Below are positions 1 through 8,011 of a DNA stretch of 36,004 nucleotides, piece after piece. Below the pieces are notes generated by a model, which was not told where the DNA came from, ran no database searches, and saw nothing but the letters and a program-made list of their open reading frames with translations. The first letter of the stretch is position 1. The number at the start of each line of letters is the position of its first letter. The position numbers were made by a program, and so were the translations under genes. Source of the stretch: an uncultured virus (IMG/VR IMGVR_UViG_3300046474_000019) (taxonomy: Duplodnaviria; Heunggongvirae; Uroviricota; Caudoviricetes); the IMG/VR virus record IMGVR_UViG_3300046474_000019; one strand, 5' to 3'.

Positions 1-1
1 C

Positions 2-271
2 AGAGCGACAAGGGGAGACTATCCAGTTGGGGTCCATAGAGATATTGATAGCAAAAGTTTTATTGCACAGTGTAGCGGACATGTCCCACGTCGTTTGGGT
101 GCATTTTGTACGCCGATGGAAGCCCATAAGGCTTGGCAGAAAGCTAAGCTTAGGCAGTTGACAAAGACTCTAGAAGACAATAGACTGGGGGCCAAAGCAG
201 TAGAAGCTTTGAAGAACCTGATAGCAAAAATTGAAACTGACCTTGAAAACGGAGAAGAAACATTATGCTGA
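2..271 (+). CDS. C-terminal part of HNH/AP2-type homing endonuclease (runs off window start)
   Basis: Manual translation RGDYPVGVH...RRLGAFCTPMEAHKAWQKAK...ETLC*; same RGxYPxGV / EAHxAW motifs as ORFs at 3818 and 28293. Confidence 0.75.
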   Translation, partial: RATRGDYPVGVHRDIDSKSFIAQCSGHVPRRLGAFCTPMEAHKAWQKAKLRQLTKTLEDNRLGAKAVEALKNLIAKIETDLENGEETLC

Positions 272-1203
272 TGATCGGAAGTCGCGCCCTTATCGCCAAC
301 AACCCGGAACTCTGTGGTGTAAGAACCCCGAACGACTGGGATTTTATCTGCACAATCGAACAGTTTACTGCATGGCACAAAGCTAGTAAGGCTAATCTCC
401 AATTTGCCGTGCCAACTCAAGGCGGTAAGTACTACCACGCACGTGATAAGCAAGGTGTAAATTTCGAGTTTGAGTTGGCGTGGACGGGTACGTCTGCTGA
501 GACATTCCTCATCGAGTACAACTGCATGAATGTTGATACTCATGCAACGGCGAGCAACCACGACCTGCTGTTGATCAAGGAGAGTCATAAGTATAAGCGT
601 AACAGTCCACATTTCCTGAAAACTATGTCGGATATTAAATTCTTGCGTGGGAAGCTCAACGGCGGGAAGCCTGTGGAGTGGATCGAACGTAACCTGGAAA
701 TCCTTAAAACCCGTGAAGCTGAGTCATACAACTACGCTCACCCAAAACTGAACGTCAGTTCAAAAGACTTCTTCAATGGTGATGGTGTGAACTACGTGTA
801 CGACCATGACGAAATCCATAAGATAGTGGCTGTAGAAAATACACCAGCATACACGAAGTACATGCAAGATGGTGAACAGGTAATGACTAGCAAAGAGAAA
901 TTCTGGTCTGTCGATCAACGCACACGTCTGTTGGGTGGTCTTGAAGAGTCAATGGTCTTGGCATTGGAACGTTCTCAAATTCCACACGGACTCGGTAAAG
1001 AGGGCGGTCCTACTGACCGTTGGAGTTTTGAAATGGCACTCAATAAAGTCTGCACCTCGATTACCAGTGGGTACTTCCGCGAGTTTTGCTGGGAACACCA
1101 CAGTGAGATTATGGCAATGTATGAAGAAATGGGAGAGTCTTGGTACACAAATAAATTTAAGGAGGCAGTAGTTAATGGGAAAATCTTACCTCGGGATATG
1201 TGA
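265..1203 (+). CDS. Conserved phage protein with N-terminal Pol-beta-type nucleotidyltransferase motif
   Basis: 312 aa, GGAG RBS; MIGSRAL-x14-DWDFI matches hGS...DhD. Confidence 0.55.
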   Translation: MLMIGSRALIANNPELCGVRTPNDWDFICTIEQFTAWHKASKANLQFAVPTQGGKYYHARDKQGVNFEFELAWTGTSAETFLIEYNCMNVDTHATASNHDLLLIKESHKYKRNSPHFLKTMSDIKFLRGKLNGGKPVEWIERNLEILKTREAESYNYAHPKLNVSSKDFFNGDGVNYVYDHDEIHKIVAVENTPAYTKYMQDGEQVMTSKEKFWSVDQRTRLLGGLEESMVLALERSQIPHGLGKEGGPTDRWSFEMALNKVCTSITSGYFREFCWEHHSEIMAMYEEMGESWYTNKFKEAVVNGKILPRDM

Positions 1204-1744
1204 GGACGTTTACAGGAACGGTAAGTGGTTACAGACTGAGACGACTGCTATGGGTGTGTATAACACTCGTAGTGGTTCGATTTGGAGGGGCTTACAGTAC
1301 CGCACAAAGAAGGCAACGAAAGGTTATGCTGAGTCAACCAACGACTTCGTAGACTTCCAACACTTTGCCGTTTGGCACAGGAGTCAGGTTGGCTACGATC
1401 TTGGTTGGCACTTGGATAAAGACCTACTTGGAGACGGAAACAGTTATTCACCAGACACTTGCTGCCTACTACCCGGTACACTCAATGTGTTGATGCAAGG
1501 AATCGGTAGCTGGAAGCGTGGCGAAAAGGTTGGAGCTTCACACTATAAGCGTGATGACAACTGGCGAGCCTACGGGAATGACTTCTACGAGCAGGTACAT
1601 CTTGGGTACTTCAAGACTCAAGACGAAGCCCACTGGCAGTGGAAGCTGGACAAAGCTGCGAGGATTAAAGGTGCTTGTGATATGTTGCTACCACTGCACG
1701 TCAGTGATGGTATAAATAATTTGATAAAACAGTTGACACAATAG
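1175..1744 (+). CDS. HNH homing endonuclease with AP2-like C-terminus
   Basis: HLDKDLL...YSPDTCCLLP..LN, HLGYFKTQDEAH..W. Confidence 0.8.
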   Translation: MGKSYLGICEDVYRNGKWLQTETTAMGVYNTRSGSIWRGLQYRTKKATKGYAESTNDFVDFQHFAVWHRSQVGYDLGWHLDKDLLGDGNSYSPDTCCLLPGTLNVLMQGIGSWKRGEKVGASHYKRDDNWRAYGNDFYEQVHLGYFKTQDEAHWQWKLDKAARIKGACDMLLPLHVSDGINNLIKQLTQ

Positions 1745-1761
1745 AAAGAAAGATTCAGAAT
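1733..1761 (+). promoter_or_regulatory. sigma70 promoter
   Basis: TTGACA-17-CAGAAT upstream of GGAGGA RBS and ATG 1801. Confidence 0.7.
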
Positions 1762-1800
1762 ACACCCCTCGACACGGACAACCTACTGGAGGAAACATTA

Positions 1801-1944
1801 ATGTTTAAAGAATATCGTTTGGAATTGGCAGTTGTAACTGCTGTATGCTGCGTGTACAATCTGTACACCGCCAACATCATCTTGGCTGTCGTTTGTGGAG
1901 TAGCGGCTGTCGGCAACTACCTGTGCTATAAGGTGGGCAAATGA
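1801..1944 (+). CDS. Small membrane protein (47 aa, not in ORF track)
   Basis: GGAGGA RBS; MFKEYRLELAVVTAVCCVYNLYTANIILAVVCGVAAVGNYLCYKVGK. Confidence 0.75.
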   Translation: MFKEYRLELAVVTAVCCVYNLYTANIILAVVCGVAAVGNYLCYKVGK

Positions 1945-2096
1945 ACTTCCACGGCATGATGGCATCGGCTGGTTGGGGCTTGTTCATGGCTGCGGTGATT
2001 GCTCCCGGTCTTGACCTTACCCAAACTGAGAACATACTTGGTACTATCGCTGGTGCTTTGATGATCACTGCAATTTTCTCTGTCAGTCGCAACTAA
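1941..2096 (+). CDS. Small membrane protein (51 aa, not in ORF track)
   Basis: ATGA overlap with previous gene; two hydrophobic stretches. Confidence 0.7.
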   Translation: MNFHGMMASAGWGLFMAAVIAPGLDLTQTENILGTIAGALMITAIFSVSRN

Positions 2097-2100
2097 ACGC

Positions 2101-2129
2101 TTGACACTGAGGGTGAAAGCCCTCAGAAT
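2101..2129 (+). promoter_or_regulatory. sigma70 promoter with inverted repeat in spacer
   Basis: TTGACA-17-CAGAAT; CTGAGGG..CCCTCAG. Confidence 0.75.
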
Positions 2130-2159
2130 ACTCACACACTAAACAACGGAGCTACAACG

Positions 2160-2549
2160 ATGCGTTTCAACATGACCAAAACTGAATTCGACCTGTACTG
2201 TGCCAAGCACCTGACTTGGAAAGCAGAGAACGCCAAGAAGCGTGGTATTGAATTCGATCTGTCATTCCAGTCGATGAAGAATTTGATGAGTGCTGAGCGT
2301 TGCTATTACACTGGCATCATCCTCACCAAAAGCACTGGCAAAGAAGCCAATGGCGAGCTGCGTCTGTCGGATGCCACCATTGACCGCATCGACGGCACTA
2401 AAGGGTATATTCGCGGGAATGTTGTAGCCTGCTGCCATGCTGCAAACCAGATGAAGAATCAGTTTGAATCGATGGGTGTTGTGGGTTTGAAGGCTGGTCG
2501 TAACATTTTCGATAAGGCAATTAAGCGCATTGAAGGAGCAAAGAAATGA
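2160..2549 (+). CDS. His-Me finger (HNH-like) endonuclease
   Basis: AKKRGIEFDLS, CYYTG, TIDRIDGTKGYIRGNVVACCHAANQMK. Confidence 0.75.
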   Translation: MRFNMTKTEFDLYCAKHLTWKAENAKKRGIEFDLSFQSMKNLMSAERCYYTGIILTKSTGKEANGELRLSDATIDRIDGTKGYIRGNVVACCHAANQMKNQFESMGVVGLKAGRNIFDKAIKRIEGAKK

Positions 2550-2881
2550 AGGTTGAACTCTTCTCCAAAGAAATCATCAAGATTGGTGAGTCGTTTGTCG
2601 CACTGTCGGTTATTTATTCGGTTGGCCCTGTATACCTTTACGGCTCACGTGGTCATGGTGATGTAGGCTATGCCTTCGAAGTGAAAGGCATCTTTGGTGA
2701 GAAGGGTATCACCACTGTCTACGGCAACGAGATTGAGTATTATAGGCTTGATCGTGCTGAGTTGGGTTGGAATGAAGAGGAACACCCGATGTATGTGGAT
2801 GCCAAGGTTGAAATCTTGACAGTCCGTGATGAGGTGGTGGAACTCTGGTCTAAGTACATGGAGAGCAGGAGTGGACAGTAA
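2546..2881 (+). CDS. Hypothetical phage protein
   Basis: ATGA overlap, AGGAG RBS, 111 aa. Confidence 0.75.
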   Translation: MKVELFSKEIIKIGESFVALSVIYSVGPVYLYGSRGHGDVGYAFEVKGIFGEKGITTVYGNEIEYYRLDRAELGWNEEEHPMYVDAKVEILTVRDEVVELWSKYMESRSGQ

Positions 2882-3080
2882 CGCAAAGGTGGCACACGTT
2901 GAAGACTTCGTGCTGATGGTGAGTGAGGCCAAGACCTATGAGTCTGCCCTTAGCCACTGCACATACACGAAGGGCATGGTGGGTGCATGGCACCTTGATG
3001 GCACAATCCCAACAAGTTTCTACCAGCAAGTGTGGGAAGATTTGGATACTATTATGACTAACAAAAGGATACTATTTTGA
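2871..3080 (+). CDS. Hypothetical phage protein
   Basis: GTG start after GGAG; overlaps previous stop. Confidence 0.6.
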   Translation: MDSNAKVAHVEDFVLMVSEAKTYESALSHCTYTKGMVGAWHLDGTIPTSFYQQVWEDLDTIMTNKRILF

Positions 3081-3220
3081 GAAAGGCAAGTGTAGAAGAG
3101 TTTGGTAAGAACTGGGAATACGAGAAAGCTAAGCGTGAAGAACGCAAGACTGATCGTAACTCACGTGACCAACGAAAAGGTCGTAAGGGCCAGTGGCAGG
3201 AACTTCCAGCGGATGAGTAG
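3077..3220 (+). CDS. Small Arg/Lys-rich protein (47 aa, not in ORF track)
   Basis: TTGA overlap, AAGGA RBS; MRKASVEEFGKNWEYEKAKREERKTDRNSRDQRKGRKGQWQELPADE; paralog at 6547. Confidence 0.65.
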   Translation: MRKASVEEFGKNWEYEKAKREERKTDRNSRDQRKGRKGQWQELPADE

Positions 3221-3458
3221 TATCTTCAAAGATAGGATAATAAAAGACCACAACTTCATGAAAAAGATCGATATTCTGAGGCTGGAGTTTGAAGAGTATT
3301 TTTCAGTGGAAGCTATAAAGGTGGGACATCCTATATCCTGCACTGGTGGTAGACATCCTGCCTTCCACAGATTCTTCAATAACTCAGGTAAGAATAAGTC
3401 GTCTACCCAGTTACTAGAAGCTGAACTTTTAAAGCATGGAGTGCCATCTTGGCCTTGA
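3213..3458 (+). CDS. Hypothetical phage protein
   Basis: ATG 3213 in the 3102..3458 ORF, coupled to previous stop. Confidence 0.55.
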   Translation: MSSIFKDRIIKDHNFMKKIDILRLEFEEYFSVEAIKVGHPISCTGGRHPAFHRFFNNSGKNKSSTQLLEAELLKHGVPSWP

Positions 3459-3483
3459 CTAAAAACTCCGTAGATGGTACAAT
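3455..3483 (+). promoter_or_regulatory. sigma70 promoter
   Basis: TTGACT-17-TACAAT with TG extension. Confidence 0.7.
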
Positions 3484-3521
3484 CAGTATAGACAAGGAGG
3501 TTTTCCACTAAAAGGAAGCCA

Positions 3522-3716
3522 ATGATGGCTGACACAACACCCGCTGCACTGGTGGCTTACTATACGAAAGAACAGGTCAGAATTCTTAGAGTCAAGCTCA
3601 CTGCATTCCGTGAATGCTTGAAGACAACAACAATCCCAAAGCGTAGAATGTGGCTTGAGGCAAGAATCGAAGAACTAACAACTGCTCTGTTTGATCGCAC
3701 TGGTATTCGCTATTAA
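3522..3716 (+). CDS. Hypothetical phage protein
   Basis: AAGGA RBS, followed by terminator. Confidence 0.7.
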   Translation: MMADTTPAALVAYYTKEQVRILRVKLTAFRECLKTTTIPKRRMWLEARIEELTTALFDRTGIRY

Positions 3717-3718
3717 TG

Positions 3719-3743
3719 AACCCGCTTCGGCGGGTTTCTTTTT
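3719..3743 (+). terminator. Rho-independent terminator
   Basis: AACCCGC-TTCG-GCGGGTT + T-tract. Confidence 0.85.
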
Positions 3744-3765
3744 GTCTGGGATTAAGTGAAAAGGG

Positions 3766-3793
3766 TTGACACGGCACCCCATTCCTGTAAAAT
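3766..3793 (+). promoter_or_regulatory. sigma70 promoter
   Basis: TTGACA-16-TAAAAT. Confidence 0.7.
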
Positions 3794-3817
3794 CGTTTTT
3801 ATTTACTAGGAGGTTGT

Positions 3818-4387
3818 GTGAAAACTGGAAGACCAAGGGGTTTGATTCATGGCGTAGGTATTAATGATGCGAGCTACGTGACAAATGGGAAGACGGTGTG
3901 TCCGTTCTACTCAAAGTGGCGTGATATGCTGGGAAGATGTTATTCAAAAACAACCTATAGAACTTACGAAGGTTGTACTGTTTGTGACGATTGGCGTCTC
4001 TTCTCAAAATTCAAAGCTTGGATGGAAGCTCAAGATTGGGAAGGGAAGGAGCTTGACAAAGACCTGCTTATACAAGGTAATAAAGTATATTCTCCAGATA
4101 CTTGTGTGTTCGTGAGTAAAGAGGTCTACACCTTCACAACTAAATGCCAAGCCTCTAGAGGTGAGTATCCTATTGGAGTATGCCTACATAAAGAGTCTGG
4201 TAAATTTGTTGCTCAGTGCCGTGTAGATGGTAAGAAGAAGCACCTTGGTATTTTCACAACAGTAGAACAAGCTCACAACGCATGGGTTAACAAGAAGAGG
4301 GAATTGGCGATAGAATTAGCATCAAGGCAGGAAGACTGTAAAATTTCTTCTGCTATTCTCAACATCAAATATGAGGAATGGTTATGA
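3818..4387 (+). CDS. HNH homing endonuclease with AP2 domain
   Basis: GVGINDA, WRDMLGRCY, ELDKDLL...YSPDTCVFV, KKHLGIF..EQAH.AW. Confidence 0.85.
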   Translation: MKTGRPRGLIHGVGINDASYVTNGKTVCPFYSKWRDMLGRCYSKTTYRTYEGCTVCDDWRLFSKFKAWMEAQDWEGKELDKDLLIQGNKVYSPDTCVFVSKEVYTFTTKCQASRGEYPIGVCLHKESGKFVAQCRVDGKKKHLGIFTTVEQAHNAWVNKKRELAIELASRQEDCKISSAILNIKYEEWL

Positions 4388-4566
4388 TTAACTACGAAGT
4401 TAAGGACGAGTATATTAAAGTCCGGTGGCACAAGAAAGAGCTTGGCCGTATTTACAATGAGGATATGGCTTGGCATTATCGCCCCCGAGGGTGTTGTGGG
4501 AAGATTCGGAGTGAAGAGTTTGCTTCTCTCACTGCACTCAAGCAACACATTGAAGGCACTGACTAA
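4378..4566 (+). CDS. Hypothetical phage protein
   Basis: 62 aa ORF coupled to previous gene, ends at terminator. Confidence 0.65.
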   Translation: MVMINYEVKDEYIKVRWHKKELGRIYNEDMAWHYRPRGCCGKIRSEEFASLTALKQHIEGTD

Positions 4567-4586
4567 CCCGCTTCGGCGGGTTTTCT
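4565..4586 (+). terminator. Rho-independent terminator (same hairpin as 3719)
   Basis: AACCCGCTTCGGCGGGTTTTCT. Confidence 0.8.
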
Positions 4587-4598
4587 AATGGAGGATGA

Positions 4599-5141
4599 AT
4601 GAGTAGATTTAACAATGGAGCTAGGGATTTTGATATGAACAGGTTAACACTTCATCCTTTCTACCCTATCTGGAATGCGATGGTACAACGTTGTACCAAC
4701 CCTAAATATAAGGGTTACGAAAACTATGGGGCAATCGGTATTACTTTGTGTGATGAGTGGATGCCGCCAAAAGAATCAGGATTCCTTACTTTCCTGAGGG
4801 ACATGGTGGACCCACACTTACTTCCCGGTGAGGATTACTTTCAGCCTTACTTTTCGCTTGGCAAAAGTTTGGACAGAAGATTTGGCCCGGCAGGGTATAA
4901 CCCAGAAAACTGCCGATGGGTAACGCCAGAAGTGCAGAACCTTAATAGACGGGGCGGAAGGTCTGGCAGGTTATACCCTCAAGGTGTGAAGTGGGACAAG
5001 AGGGCTAACAGGTTCTATGCATACTACATAGTCGAAGGGAAGACTGTGCCACTGGTAAGCACTGGTAACCTCTTTGAGGCTATCGCAAGGCGCCGTTCGT
5101 GGGAGTTGGCTAGATACAAAGAGCTTGGTGTTGAATCTTAA
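4599..5141 (+). CDS. HNH homing endonuclease with AP2-like C-terminus
   Basis: WNAMVQRC, NYGAIGITLCDEW, SLDR...GYNPENCRWVT...N.N, GVKWDKR. Confidence 0.85.
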   Translation: MSRFNNGARDFDMNRLTLHPFYPIWNAMVQRCTNPKYKGYENYGAIGITLCDEWMPPKESGFLTFLRDMVDPHLLPGEDYFQPYFSLGKSLDRRFGPAGYNPENCRWVTPEVQNLNRRGGRSGRLYPQGVKWDKRANRFYAYYIVEGKTVPLVSTGNLFEAIARRRSWELARYKELGVES

Positions 5142-5300
5142 AATTGAAATGCAAAATCCCCAGATCAAAATTTATGGAGAAACGGGTAAGTTTTTATGAA
5201 CAAAGTACTCGACAGATTTTTAGGGAGCCGGAGAAACGGATGGAAATTCATGGAAATTTTGAAATCCGGGTCGATTTTTACAGATCGGTACATTTTTCCG
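5142..5300. other. Non-coding DNA with roughly helically phased A/T tracts (likely curved)
   Basis: A/T tracts near 5153, 5167, 5180, 5191, 5202, 5216, 5234, 5244, 5254, 5274, 5292. Confidence 0.45.
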
Positions 5301-5375
5301 CGAGGGTGGGGATTCCGGTGGAGTGGCGTGCTACTCGAAAATGGTGTAGCACGTCTGTAGCCCGCTGGCTGAGAG

Positions 5376-5465
5376 GGAGAATCATTCTCATCTGGTGTTG
5401 AGAGCAGTTCTCATTTGAGATTGCTACCGAGAATCATTCACTTGTGTAAGTGGGAGGTATTCGCA
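5376..5465. promoter_or_regulatory. Array of Fur-box-like 7-1-7 inverted repeats
   Basis: GGAGAATCATTCTCA (5376), TGAGAGCAGTTCTCA (5399), CGAGAATCATTCACT (5428), TGGGAGGTATTCGCA (5451). Confidence 0.5.
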
Positions 5466-5565
5466 TTACTAGAATGACAGGCACCCTCCCTGTTTATCTC
5501 CGGGTTTACAACCCCGCCACATCATGGGAACAATTATAATCACTCAAGCAAGGAAGTACAAGGGG

Positions 5566-5593
5566 TTGACGAAATTAAATTCTGTGGTACAAT
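5566..5593 (+). promoter_or_regulatory. sigma70 promoter
   Basis: TTGACG-16-TACAAT with TG extension. Confidence 0.7.
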
Positions 5594-5623
5594 CCCTGAT
5601 TCACAATCAATTGAGGGTACAGA

Positions 5624-6076
5624 ATGCTAAATATGAGTGCAACACGTACAAAATGGCGAGCTAAGAAGTATCACGCCGCCGAACATGGAATAGACTTTAA
5701 CCTATCGTTTGAGGACTACGCAAGCCTTCTAGTTGAGGCTGGTATAACAGAAGCCGATGTAGGTCGTGGGGCTGAAAAGTATTGTTTAGGTCGCTACGGT
5801 GACGAAGGGCCATATGAGCTAGGAAATTGCAGGTTCATAACTAACCGTGAGAATGGTATAGAAGGCACGGATACAAGGAAACGGCGTGGTGATGGTATGC
5901 CGGGAGGTGAAAATTTTGTAGGTGAAAACCATTGGAATCATCAAGGTTTTGTGGTAACGCCTTGGGGAGAGTTTGAATCTCTGAGGAAAGCAGCAAAGGC
6001 CGTTGGCTCTCTATGGGGGCATAACAAGATTAAGAACCTTATCCATGAAGGCGCCGAAGGCTACTGCTATAGGTAG
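5624..6076 (+). CDS. HNH-like endonuclease with C-terminal NUMOD-like DNA-binding segment
   Basis: GIDFNLSFEDY, CLGRYGDEGPYELGNCRFITNREN, FESLRKAAKAVG. Confidence 0.7.
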   Translation: MLNMSATRTKWRAKKYHAAEHGIDFNLSFEDYASLLVEAGITEADVGRGAEKYCLGRYGDEGPYELGNCRFITNRENGIEGTDTRKRRGDGMPGGENFVGENHWNHQGFVVTPWGEFESLRKAAKAVGSLWGHNKIKNLIHEGAEGYCYR

Positions 6077-6110
6077 CTCAAAAGATTTTATCCGTTAGAA
6101 TAAAAAGGTG

Positions 6111-6138
6111 TTGACTCAAGGTCGAATAGTGATAAGAT
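6111..6138 (+). promoter_or_regulatory. sigma70 promoter
   Basis: TTGACT-16-TAAGAT followed by GGCCCACACAAAC leader. Confidence 0.65.
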
Positions 6139-6172
6139 GGCCCACACAAACAACCCAACTAGAGGAACTAAG

Positions 6173-6475
6173 ATGCAAGCTTTGAAGACTGTAAAGACTG
6201 ATGTTGTTAGCAAGCAAATTGCCGCACTGATTCACGCCAACGGCTCTAAGTTTTTCGGTGTTACATTCATTAAGAAGGACGGCACCGAACGCACACTAAA
6301 CGGTCATATCCGCAAGACTGGCAAAGGTGGCGTTAATACTACGGCTCACATTGAAAAGTATGTGACGATTGTCCTTAACAAGAAGGACGATAAAGGCCGG
6401 GAACAACTCCGCAATGTCAACATGGAAACTATCAAAGCGTTATCTATTGGTGGCCGTCGAATTAAATTCGATTAA
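6173..6475 (+). CDS. SH3/WYL-like beta-barrel early protein
   Basis: GAGGA RBS before ATG 6173; FFGVTFIKKDGTERTLNG motif. Confidence 0.6.
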   Translation: MQALKTVKTDVVSKQIAALIHANGSKFFGVTFIKKDGTERTLNGHIRKTGKGGVNTTAHIEKYVTIVLNKKDDKGREQLRNVNMETIKALSIGGRRIKFD

Positions 6476-6479
6476 ACGC

Positions 6480-6508
6480 TTTACATGGTAAGCCGTTAAC
6501 CGTAGAAT
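6480..6508 (+). promoter_or_regulatory. sigma70 promoter with inverted repeat around -10
   Basis: TTTACA-17-TAGAAT; GCCGTTA..TAACGGC. Confidence 0.65.
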
Positions 6509-6546
6509 AACGGCACAACTAAGAACGGTTTAAGGATAAGTAGTAA

Positions 6547-6690
6547 ATGGCACGTCCAGTCAAAGCATCTGATTTTGTAGCCTCCTACCAGTATGAACAA
6601 GCCAAGAAACAAGCTCGAAAGGGTGACATAGGGCGCCGTTCAGGCCGCCGGGGCACCCAAGCTTGGGGCATTTGGGCTGATAAAGAATAG
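6547..6690 (+). CDS. Small Arg/Lys-rich protein (47 aa, not in ORF track)
   Basis: AAGGA upstream; MARPVKASDFVASYQYEQAKKQARKGDIGRRSGRRGTQAWGIWADKE. Confidence 0.7.
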   Translation: MARPVKASDFVASYQYEQAKKQARKGDIGRRSGRRGTQAWGIWADKE

Positions 6691-6693
6691 GGC

Positions 6694-6722
6694 TTGACAG
6701 CCTGTCAATCGTTGTCTACACT
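6694..6722 (+). promoter_or_regulatory. sigma70 promoter with palindromic -35
   Basis: TTGACA-GCC-TGTCAA; TTGACA-17-TACACT. Confidence 0.6.
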
Positions 6723-6857
6723 CGGTTTTAGGAGATTGCAAAGTGTTGTTTTATGTATGGTTTGACTCGATTCATCATGCGGTACTGTGGGCGGACACTT
6801 GCGGTTATACTGTCAAGGTTGGCAGAATTGATGGCAAGTGGTACGTAGGGTTTTAAT

Positions 6858-7238
6858 ATGGCTGGCATACGACGGGCTCCACAACCCAAAGCACAGCTTA
6901 AACCTAAAGTCAAGGTGAAGCCACCACTCCACCAACGGATTCTAGGCAAGGGTGCTGTAGAGGCTGACACTATCGACGATCTTCGGATAGAGCTGGAACG
7001 CGCTCTAAGCCTCGATATGATCGAATATGACACCTATCTAGACTGCCATGAGGCTCTAGATATCCGTGAGGCTAGAGCAAAAACGGCCATGCTCAAGGCT
7101 ACAGGCCGTTACGTCAAGCCAGATAAAACGGTTGAAATCAAGGCACGGACGGTGCAAGCCAAGCCGTGGCCTAAATGGAAAGTCAAGCTAGTTTATATTG
7201 TTGTGGCCATAATTCTTTTTAAATTTCTTGGTAAATAG
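6858..7238 (+). CDS. Hypothetical protein with C-terminal transmembrane anchor
   Basis: 126 aa, basic N-terminus, LVYIVVAIILF tail. Confidence 0.7.
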   Translation: MAGIRRAPQPKAQLKPKVKVKPPLHQRILGKGAVEADTIDDLRIELERALSLDMIEYDTYLDCHEALDIREARAKTAMLKATGRYVKPDKTVEIKARTVQAKPWPKWKVKLVYIVVAIILFKFLGK

Positions 7239-7240
7239 TG

Positions 7241-7268
7241 TTGACGCTACATATCAGCACTGTACAAT
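7241..7268 (+). promoter_or_regulatory. sigma70 promoter
   Basis: TTGACG-16-TACAAT. Confidence 0.7.
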
Positions 7269-7314
7269 ACTCGACATTGAAAAGCACAAACCCTCTAAGT
7301 AGTAAGGAATTGCA

Positions 7315-8007
7315 GTGTTCTACGTTCTTAATCCAGTTTCCGGCAACACTAAAACCGGTCCTATGCCTGTCTCCACTTCTAACTCTACCACTTGCCCCGA
7401 TGCTTGCCCTATTAAGGCTAAAGGCTGCTATGCCAAGTATGGTCCTGTCGGTATGCATTGGCGTAAACTGGATAATGGCGAGTCTAAGAACGCTGTAGAA
7501 TGGCCTCAGTTTATCCGTCAAGTTAAAGCCCTTTCGAACAACACACTTTGGCGTCACAATCAAGCCGGTGATTTAAACGGTGATGCTGTAATGATTGACG
7601 GGCCTAAGTTGCGTGATTTGATTGTCGCCAATGGTCGTAAACGTGGCTTTACATATACGCATTATGACGTGCTGTCTGATACATTCGAAAGCCGACAAAA
7701 CGCTTTGTTAATTCAAGATGCAAACGTTAAAGGCTTGACAATTAATGTTAGTGGCAATGACGTTAATCATGCTGATAAGTTGAAAGCTTTAAATGTTGCC
7801 CCAGTTGTTGTAATTATGCCGCGTGATGCTGAGAAAGTATCTTATACTCCCGCTGGTAATAAGGTTGTGATTTGTCCAGCCGAGAACAACGACAAAGTTA
7901 ATTGTGTTAAGTGTGCCCTTTGTCAAGATGTAAAACGTGACTACATAATCGGCTTTCGCGCTCATGGTACAGCCGCAAAGTCTGTCGAATTGATTGCAAG
8001 GGGTTAA
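7315..8007 (+). CDS. Cys-rich putative Fe-S protein (GP88/radical-SAM-like phage family)
   Basis: NTKTG, CPDACP-x5-CYA, WRHNQAGD, YTH, CPAE..CVKCALC..IIGFRAHG. Confidence 0.6.
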   Translation: MFYVLNPVSGNTKTGPMPVSTSNSTTCPDACPIKAKGCYAKYGPVGMHWRKLDNGESKNAVEWPQFIRQVKALSNNTLWRHNQAGDLNGDAVMIDGPKLRDLIVANGRKRGFTYTHYDVLSDTFESRQNALLIQDANVKGLTINVSGNDVNHADKLKALNVAPVVVIMPRDAEKVSYTPAGNKVVICPAENNDKVNCVKCALCQDVKRDYIIGFRAHGTAAKSVELIARG

Positions 8008-8011
8008 TACT

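Noticed and set aside
19..612. 197 aa - strand ORF
   Set aside because: Antisense to two coupled + strand genes.
5144..5401. 85 aa ORF across the A-tract block
   Set aside because: TTG start without RBS, unnatural composition, overlaps repeat elements; treated as non-coding.
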